Assembly (NCBI GenBank): GCA_051382305.1
Contig: JBBCAV010000429.1
Span: 1-34,035 of the forward strand
DNA: 34,035 nucleotides
Origin: Bdellovibrionota bacterium FG-2
GTDB lineage: Bacteria; Bdellovibrionota; UBA1018
Direction: 5' to 3'
A program made the position numbers and the translations under genes. Below, piece by piece: positions 27,859 through 34,035 of this stretch. Below the pieces are notes generated by a model, which was not told where the DNA came from, did not search any database, and saw nothing but the letters and a program-made list of their open reading frames with translations. Position 1 is the stretch's first letter. Every line of letters starts with the position of its first letter.

Positions 27859-28851
27859 TCACCACTGGCTTTGGACGCCGAACATCACTTGTAGCCCGTA
27901 GGCGTTTTGCTCAACATTCTCCTCAGCATTGCGCACATTATAGGCCTTGTAGACCACGAAGTTGGCCGATCCAAAAGCCGAGAAGTGCTTCGAAATCTCA
28001 TAAACGAGTTCCAAATAAGTCTTGGAATTCAAGCGGTGCTCGCCATTGATTTCTTGATACGCTTCCTGACAATCGGAGTACATCCCAGGGCCCGTGTACC
28101 CAATGTAAGATGACCCGTGGCCAGCGCCAGGCCCGTAGTCATCGGGGCCTGAGACGTAATAAGAACTGCAGGAAGTTCCCAAGTATTTTCTATCATCAAT
28201 AACACTGTAGGAATCAAACTTTTCACCCAGGGCGATTTTAAAACGATTCGCAATCACTGCCCCAATTTTAGCGCTCAAACCGACGGTCGACATCGAACGA
28301 AGATCTCCGGCGACCGGAACAATCCCCATCGCGAAAAAATCAGCGGCCGTTGAGGCAAAGAACTGAAAATTCGCAGAAACCTGGCGCTCCCAATCTCCCC
28401 GCACTCCAAGCGCAGAAATACGCACCAACATATTATTTCCGAGTGCAAGATTGCGCTGAACATCCAGTCCTCCCACCGAAATCCACCCAGAGTATTTAAC
28501 CTGAGAATCCCCGCTGCCGGTCAAAAACTCCACACTGTCCCCTATTTCTAGCGCCTTAAAATCAACATCCACGTAACTCACACCGCCCGCACCCGCCGCC
28601 ATATCAGCGCGAAATCGTGCAAGCACGAAACGATCAGAAATCTTCACGCCATCGAACTGAAGGCGCAGCATTACTTCGGCGTAATGATCTCCACCTAAGC
28701 TCGCAAAACCGACGCCCGCGCCAAGGCCCAAAGACTGATCGGCCGAATCGCCCACTTCAATCATTTCGGATTCAGCGTGTCCTGCCTTCACCCAACCCAA
28801 AGCCAAACCCAAGCCCAAAACCAAAGACGCTCTAAACAACACGCTCTTCAT
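27859..28851 (-). CDS. Outer-membrane beta-barrel protein
   Basis: The start is re-assigned to ATG 28851 (GGGGG RBS, signal MKSVLFRASLVLGLGLALGWVKAGHA). It has amphipathic strands and a C-terminal LQVMFGVQSQW BAM-type signal. Confidence 0.7.
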   Translation of the reverse strand: MKSVLFRASLVLGLGLALGWVKAGHAESEMIEVGDSADQSLGLGAGVGFASLGGDHYAEVMLRLQFDGVKISDRFVLARFRADMAAGAGGVSYVDVDFKALEIGDSVEFLTGSGDSQVKYSGWISVGGLDVQRNLALGNNMLVRISALGVRGDWERQVSANFQFFASTAADFFAMGIVPVAGDLRSMSTVGLSAKIGAVIANRFKIALGEKFDSYSVIDDRKYLGTSCSSYYVSGPDDYGPGAGHGSSYIGYTGPGMYSDCQEAYQEINGEHRLNSKTYLELVYEISKHFSAFGSANFVVYKAYNVRNAEENVEQNAYGLQVMFGVQSQW

Positions 28852-28942
28852 ATAAACCCCCTGTAATAAAAACCCCGGGAAACTGGCGGCTAGATAACAA
28901 AGCAGGAGCATTTTCGAAAGGCTTTTGTTAGGTTTCGTTGTA

Positions 28943-29704
28943 ATGAACGAGGCAATAAAAAATGAATGGGAGAGCACACGCGTTTTTGCCGACGGCGCAA
29001 GCTCTGGCAACCCTGGCCCGGGCGGCTGGGGCGTGGTGATTTTCGGCGTCGACGGCAAAGTTTTGGAAAAAGGCGGAGGTCACCCGGCTACGACCAATAA
29101 CCGCATGGAGCTGATGGCCACCATAGAGGCTCTTCGGGCGATACCAAGAGATCAGGAAGTAGAAATCTGTACTGATTCCGCCTACGTCATCAATGGGATC
29201 ACCGGCTGGTGCTTTGGATGGCGCCGCAACGGTTGGAAAACTAAAGAAGGCGCAGACGTCCTTAATCGGGAGCTTTGGGAGAGTTTGTTTGCCTTAGTTC
29301 AAGGTAGAAAAATCACTTGGACCAAGGTCCGGGGGCACGCTGGGATTCCAGGAAACGAGCGAGCCGATGAAATTGCCGTATCGTTCTCGAAAGGGCCCAG
29401 AACTACCCTTTATTCAGGCAGTAGGTTGGGATACGACATTATCCCCGAACTGCCCGACAACCCGGACTTGGGCAGCAGTTCCTCAAAGAGCTCAAAACAG
29501 CACGCCAAGCAGCCTGCTTTTTCATATCTAAGCCTTATTGGGGGCTCAGTCGTGCGTCACAAAACATGGGTCCAATGCGAGCGTCGGGTCAAAGGACAAT
29601 CAGGAGCGAAGTTCAAGAAAGCCTTAAGCCTTCAAAACGAGAGAGAAATTTTGCGCGGATGGGGATTTTCGTCGGCCGCGGGCGTCAAGGACGACCAGAG
29701 CTAA
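28943..29704 (+). CDS. rnhA: Ribonuclease HI with C-terminal hybrid-binding (viroplasmin-like) domain
   Basis: Catalytic motifs FADGASSGNPGPGGWG, TNNRMEL, TDSAY and VRGHAGIPGNERAD are present. The tail reads TWVQCERRVKGQSGAKFKK. Confidence 0.93.
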   Translation: MNEAIKNEWESTRVFADGASSGNPGPGGWGVVIFGVDGKVLEKGGGHPATTNNRMELMATIEALRAIPRDQEVEICTDSAYVINGITGWCFGWRRNGWKTKEGADVLNRELWESLFALVQGRKITWTKVRGHAGIPGNERADEIAVSFSKGPRTTLYSGSRLGYDIIPELPDNPDLGSSSSKSSKQHAKQPAFSYLSLIGGSVVRHKTWVQCERRVKGQSGAKFKKALSLQNEREILRGWGFSSAAGVKDDQS

Positions 29705-29763
29705 GAAGCAGCTCTTCGGTTGATATACCAAATTTTAAGACCAATATGTTGATTTTATGGGTG

Positions 29764-29789
29764 TAAAATAATCTAAAACGATCTAAAAT
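29764..29789 (+). repeat. Three 10-bp-phased TAAAA repeats overlapping a -10 box
   Basis: The sequence reads TAAAATAATC TAAAACGATC TAAAAT. The last TAAAAT lies 6 nt before ATG 29796. Confidence 0.6.
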
Positions 29790-29795
29790 ACGGTA

Positions 29796-31187
29796 ATGCG
29801 GCGAAATGCAGAGCACTTCCTAAGAAAATGGCTGAAAGATGTAAAACGCAAGCCCCTCGTGATCAGAGGAGCACGCCAAGTGGGGAAGTCCACTCTAGTC
29901 CGAAATTTCACTCAAGCACGAGGATTGCGACTCATCGAGATCAACCTAGAAAAAACGCCACAGCTCGCGGCTAGTTTTCGAACTCGCAATATCCAAAAGA
30001 TCTTGTCTGACCTCGCGTTACTCGCGGAAACAGAGCTCAACGCAAAGACTGATCTGATTTTCTTGGATGAAATTCAGGCGATTCCAGAAGCGTACAGTGC
30101 CTTGAGATATTTTTACGAAGACTCACCTCAATACAGGGTTATTGCGGCGGGAAGTCTTTTGGAAGTCGTACTGGCCGAGCAAGAATTTTCAATGCCCGTG
30201 GGTCGAGTGCAGTTTCTTTCGCTAGGGCCAATGACATTCTTTGAATTCTTGGCGGCCAACGAGGAGGTTCAAGCCCTAGAGTCTTTGGGCAGTTTTCGGA
30301 TCAACGACAAAGAGACAATGAGCGAATTCTCCGAAGTTTTACACGAACGAATGATCGAACTTTATAACAACTACCTTTGGGTCGGAGGAATGCCAGAGGC
30401 CGTTGCAGAATACGTCCGGGCCGCTAAATCGGGGCTCGGAAAGTCTTTTTCTAAAATCAGTGAAATCAAATCAAACCTCCTGGAAACCTATCGAAGTGAC
30501 TTTGGAAAATATCGGAGGCGCTACCCGCAAGATCGAATGGAACGAATATTCGATTATGCGAGTCGGAACGTCGGAATCAAAGTAAAGTACTCAAACCTCT
30601 CTCGCGAAGACATCGCACGCGATCTCAAGCCGGGCATCGAGCTCCTCGAACGAGCGCGAGTACTCAAGCGCGTTTTTCACACCGCCGCGACGACTCTTCC
30701 GCTGGCCGCAACTCAAGACGAAACCCTCTTTAAGTTTCTGTTTTTGGACGTCGGTCTCATGATGGCCAGTTTGGGCCTGAGTCCTAACGACCTAAAACAT
30801 CGCGAACGACTCAATCCTGCTCTGCTCGGGCAGATCACCGAACAGTTCGTTGGCCAACAACTTTTGGCTTCTCTACCCGAAACCCAGAGTGGACTATTCT
30901 ATTGGATTCGGGAGGGGAAATCTGGGAACGCAGAAGTCGATTATGTAATTCAAAACGGAAGCGAGATTGTGCCGCTTGAATGCAAAGCCGGGGCCAGGGG
31001 CTCCAACAAATCCCTCACCCAGTTTATGTTAAAGCGGCGCGATGCACGGGCCATCCGCCTTGATCTCAATCGCCCCTCCCGACAACAAGTCAAGACGACC
31101 ACGGCCGATCACCAAGCAGCGGAATTTGAACTCATTAGCTTACCGCTGTATCTTGCAGAGCGGATTTTTGAATTGGTTACGACTTAA
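29796..31187 (+). CDS. AAA_14 ATPase with DUF4143 (PD-(D/E)xK-like) C-terminal domain
   Basis: Walker A GARQVGKS, Walker B IFLDEIQ, AAGS, PVGRV, GGMPE and EVD...PLECK are present. Confidence 0.92.
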   Translation: MRRNAEHFLRKWLKDVKRKPLVIRGARQVGKSTLVRNFTQARGLRLIEINLEKTPQLAASFRTRNIQKILSDLALLAETELNAKTDLIFLDEIQAIPEAYSALRYFYEDSPQYRVIAAGSLLEVVLAEQEFSMPVGRVQFLSLGPMTFFEFLAANEEVQALESLGSFRINDKETMSEFSEVLHERMIELYNNYLWVGGMPEAVAEYVRAAKSGLGKSFSKISEIKSNLLETYRSDFGKYRRRYPQDRMERIFDYASRNVGIKVKYSNLSREDIARDLKPGIELLERARVLKRVFHTAATTLPLAATQDETLFKFLFLDVGLMMASLGLSPNDLKHRERLNPALLGQITEQFVGQQLLASLPETQSGLFYWIREGKSGNAEVDYVIQNGSEIVPLECKAGARGSNKSLTQFMLKRRDARAIRLDLNRPSRQQVKTTTADHQAAEFELISLPLYLAERIFELVTT

Positions 31188-31194
31188 AGCGTGG

Positions 31195-32409
31195 CTACAA
31201 AAATAGCTCAATCGGCAAAGAAGCCTCATCCGAACTGTATATTTCAACACCTTTGTGGGGATGAAGATAAACGATCTTGGCCCCTGGATAGTGTTTTTGA
31301 AATGATCGAGCACTGCGCATGGAACTTAGAGAGGGCTTTTGCTCAAGCGTGCAAATAAAGCCAATAACTTTTTCCTTTTGACGGAAAGCAAAAGACACGG
31401 AAGCCCCCCCTTGTTGTCGATACTGAAACAGGTCAAAGGCCAAACCTGGGGTATAATAGAATGGAATTCGAAGATGCGCGAAAGCCAACCGTTCCAGATC
31501 TGCCATTGAATCATATCTGTTTCTAGCCAAATAGGAGGCCTCGCCTTGGTCCTCAAGAAGATAGACAGAGCGTGCCTCATTGCCCTCGGTCAAAACCTGT
31601 CTCACAAAAAATATTGCCTCCAATCCCGTTAGCAATTTTCGAAGCGTCGGGCCGGAGATCCGCGTCTTACGCGCCAATTCTGTCAGATTAAGGGGAACAT
31701 TTTGATTTTCCGCCAAAACTTGAGCTAACAGACGCAATCGAATTAAGGGCAAATTCGTTTCACACACCAGACGTAGATCTCGATCAAAAATCAAATTCAA
31801 TTGGGATTCGATGAGATCCTTGCGGTCCCGCTCATTACGCATGAAGCAAATGCCAGGCAACCCACCAAGGTCCAAGTACTTCTGGGCCTCTTTGTTCGCA
31901 GAGAGACCCTTAACTGTGGAGGAATCAAATCGGCAACTTCGAAAATCAACACTCATGAGCCTTAGCGCCAATTCATTAAGCGGTTTTTCGGCGAGTTCCG
32001 AAACCGAGAAGGGAAGAAGCTCATAGGTCAAAATTCTCCCCGTCAGAGATTCTCGAATGACCTTTCGCGACGAAAACCGAACCGACCCCGACAAGAGAAA
32101 CAAGCCTGGCTTTTTGTGAATGCAGACAAATTCCTTCAGCTCCGGAAAGAGCCCTGGCGAAAGCTGACACTCATCAATTGCTATGGGCGTCTGATGGGGG
32201 GACCGCGTAAGCTCTTCAAGAAACTCTGAGGGATTTTCGTTGGCCCGGCTCAGTTCTAGCGACCGATCTAAAGTCGTGTATCTCTTTGCGAGAAGCTCCA
32301 GAAGGGTTGTCTTGCCCGCTTGACGATGCCCAAAAACACCCACGATGCCTTTATGAGTCAGACCCCTTTGAATTAAGGCTTTGAGATAGCGATTCCGAGT
32401 ATGAGCCAT
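31195..32409 (-). CDS. Divergent AAA_14/DUF4143-like ATPase lacking the nuclease motif
   Basis: Walker A GHRQAGKT, Walker B IAIDECQ, LSGS, ESLTGR, LLPFS, GGLP and a wHTH (NLTELARKTRISGPTLRK) are present. Confidence 0.88.
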   Translation of the reverse strand: MAHTRNRYLKALIQRGLTHKGIVGVFGHRQAGKTTLLELLAKRYTTLDRSLELSRANENPSEFLEELTRSPHQTPIAIDECQLSPGLFPELKEFVCIHKKPGLFLLSGSVRFSSRKVIRESLTGRILTYELLPFSVSELAEKPLNELALRLMSVDFRSCRFDSSTVKGLSANKEAQKYLDLGGLPGICFMRNERDRKDLIESQLNLIFDRDLRLVCETNLPLIRLRLLAQVLAENQNVPLNLTELARKTRISGPTLRKLLTGLEAIFFVRQVLTEGNEARSVYLLEDQGEASYLARNRYDSMADLERLAFAHLRIPFYYTPGLAFDLFQYRQQGGASVSFAFRQKEKVIGFICTLEQKPSLSSMRSARSFQKHYPGAKIVYLHPHKGVEIYSSDEASLPIELFL

Positions 32410-32424
32410 GGTTTGAGTCTATAC

Positions 32425-32472
32425 CTGTTCCTGGCAAATCGGAAAGCTATATTTCACATTTGCCAGGAACAG
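32425..32472. repeat. Perfect 15-bp inverted repeat, putative operator
   Basis: CTGTTCCTGGCAAAT-N18-ATTTGCCAGGAACAG lies 16 bp upstream of ATG 32409. Confidence 0.85.
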
Positions 32473-32645
32473 TATTTTTCAAACTTCCAAACCACTGGCA
32501 AGCGCATGCGCCAATAACTCAACACTCAAATCACGCAGCTAACCATCTACCGGATAACCACAAAAACCACTCAAGCCCGCCCAGGACAATGCCGATCCTT
32601 ACCCTAGAGGATAATACAACTATGTCTACAGGCTCGTCCTTCAAC

Positions 32646-34035
32646 ATGAAAAACATCATCAAGAGCAAACTCGCAGTTTTTCTTCTCGCTGCACTCTGCG
32701 CGCAACCCACGCTCACCTACGCCGAGCCAGATGCCCCGCCGGCGGCCGCGGAGCAAGATCTCAAAAAGGTCACCGCCTACGAAGTCTGGAACGATCTGCT
32801 TGAGGTTTCACTTACGGAGAAATCAATCCCGCTAAAAGTCGTGGGCTCGGATTCGACCTTTAGTTTCGGGGGCGAAAAAGAGGGATCATCTTCCATGATT
32901 GCGCGCGTAATGGGGCCCGACAAGGCCGCGTTCACGAGTTTTGTTTTAAGTCTCACCCCGGAAAATCGGGTCAAGTTTTTGAGCGAATTCTTGACAGGGA
33001 TTTCGAGCGGAAAAATTCTGGTGAAAAAGGTTTTTGACTCCACCGGAAAACAGATTCCACTTGATCTTAGAGGCGTCACTGAAACTAATGTTTCGAAGCT
33101 TACACCCGAAGACCTTCAGGCACGATTTAATCTTTTTTTAGAACGCGCGGGTGATCGAAGTTTTTCTTTCATCAAGCCCGAAACCAGGCGTGCCATCGCA
33201 GGCGGCCGTTTTCCAGGCCTCGATAAAAAGACCTCTATGACCGGGGAGAATCGACGCAGATTTTACATGGGATTTCTCCCCCTTTATGGCGACGCCGAAC
33301 GCTATCTTGTCAACGCTCACGCGACGAGCAACGGATGGGAGATGAACTTCAAGCCACAGCCAAACTATGGCGAATTTGAAGGCATGATCACCTGGTTTCG
33401 AAAAGCGCTCAGCACCAACGGAGCGCTTTTTGAAGCTCCGGGCCACCAGTGGCTCGTGTTCCCCAAGCGCGATGCATCTCCAGAAGAAACTGCGGTGCTG
33501 GAAAGTAGAATTAGCGAAACCTACAAAGCCATTCAAGCCTACGTTGTTCTGCGCGGGATCGAAGGAAAAACCAATATTGAGATTGGCTCTCACAAACAGG
33601 TTCACAATGATTCAGATGTTACGGTGAATAACAACGACAGAGGCGTCTTTCGCTCTCAAGTCGACCGGTTTAGAACAATGGACGGCCGATCTGCTTACAA
33701 CCTAGAACTTCGCGCGGGCACAAAGTCCGATTCCACGCGTCGTTTCGTGGAGCATGCGCTGATTTCGCGGTATGCAGCAAATGACTTCGAGGGGCTTGCA
33801 GCCCATTCAAGCTGGGAGCTAATCCCTCCTGGTTATGGGACTCTCCTAAAGACCGAACCCCTCGTAAAACGCTTCGGCGTAACAGCCCTTGAGGCCAGTC
33901 GTTGTATCGAAAATCTTCAAACCATGGGAGGCAATGCTACTAAGTTTCGAACGATTTCCGAAGGCTACTTTGTCCCTTTTTGGCAATGGGAAAACGCGCC
34001 CTATCTTGCGCCTGAAAAAGTAGCGCAGCTTAAGG
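32646..34035 (+). CDS. Exported protein with carboxylate-amine ligase-like motifs (3' partial; absent from ORF track)
   Basis: Manual translation is open for 463 codons to the window end. It shows the signal MKNIIKSKLAVFLLAALCAQPTLTYA and motifs SFGGEKE, GWEMNFKP, APGHQW and NLELRAG. An alternative in-frame ATG lies at 32622. Confidence 0.8.
   Translation, partial: MKNIIKSKLAVFLLAALCAQPTLTYAEPDAPPAAAEQDLKKVTAYEVWNDLLEVSLTEKSIPLKVVGSDSTFSFGGEKEGSSSMIARVMGPDKAAFTSFVLSLTPENRVKFLSEFLTGISSGKILVKKVFDSTGKQIPLDLRGVTETNVSKLTPEDLQARFNLFLERAGDRSFSFIKPETRRAIAGGRFPGLDKKTSMTGENRRRFYMGFLPLYGDAERYLVNAHATSNGWEMNFKPQPNYGEFEGMITWFRKALSTNGALFEAPGHQWLVFPKRDASPEETAVLESRISETYKAIQAYVVLRGIEGKTNIEIGSHKQVHNDSDVTVNNNDRGVFRSQVDRFRTMDGRSAYNLELRAGTKSDSTRRFVEHALISRYAANDFEGLAAHSSWELIPPGYGTLLKTEPLVKRFGVTALEASRCIENLQTMGGNATKFRTISEGYFVPFWQWENAPYLAPEKVAQLK

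Noticed and set aside
28852-29058. N-terminal extension of ORF 27859..29058
   Set aside because: It is antisense to rnhA. The RBS and signal peptide indicate the real start is ATG 28851.
32425-32472. 15-bp IR as Rho-independent terminator or IS end
   Set aside because: It lies between divergent gene starts, has an 18-nt spacer, and has no adjacent transposase or target duplication.
32777-33627. ORFs 32777..33079(-), 33138..33605(-) and 33430..33627(+)
   Set aside because: They are shadows of the long open plus-strand frame starting at 32646.
1-34035. CRISPR array, tRNA, rRNA, reverse transcriptase or prophage genes
   Set aside because: I saw no regularly spaced repeats, recognisable structural RNA or diagnostic motifs. 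A covariance-model scan was not possible.

Overview
This is a bacterial chromosomal window. TIGR02147-like, DUF222-like HNH and many orphan exported proteins suggest Bdellovibrionota/Oligoflexia (inference only). (1) Positions 1-219 hold the 3' end and right inverted repeat of an IS4-family element. (2) Positions 305-11378 hold an intact, translationally coupled 11-gene operon covering the whole shikimate-to-Phe/Tyr route: aroA, an aroE-aroK fusion, aroB, aroQ, aroC, pheA, an aminotransferase, tyrA, a stand-alone chorismate mutase and a class II DAHP synthase. It ends in a U32 Fe-S protein of the prephenate-dependent tRNA hydroxylase (TrhP) type. (3) About 11.4-24 kb is accessory DNA, almost all exported proteins or lipoproteins (lipase, M20 peptidase, DUF3465, OmpA-like remnant and others), plus a TIGR02147 regulator and an HNH gene. 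It also contains an unusual tandem HU-like protein whose signal peptide sits one base out of frame, divergent from a LysR gene. (4) About 25-27.8 kb is a decaying envelope operon with frameshifts, an in-frame stop and a G8 tract. (5) The remainder encodes a beta-barrel protein, an RNase HI with a C-terminal hybrid-binding domain, and two convergent AAA_14/DUF4143 ATPases, one with and one without a nuclease motif. It ends in a partial exported protein, missing from the ORF track, that carries carboxylate-amine-ligase-like motifs. No CRISPR array, rRNA or tRNA was seen. All family calls come from motif recognition by eye; no searches were run.
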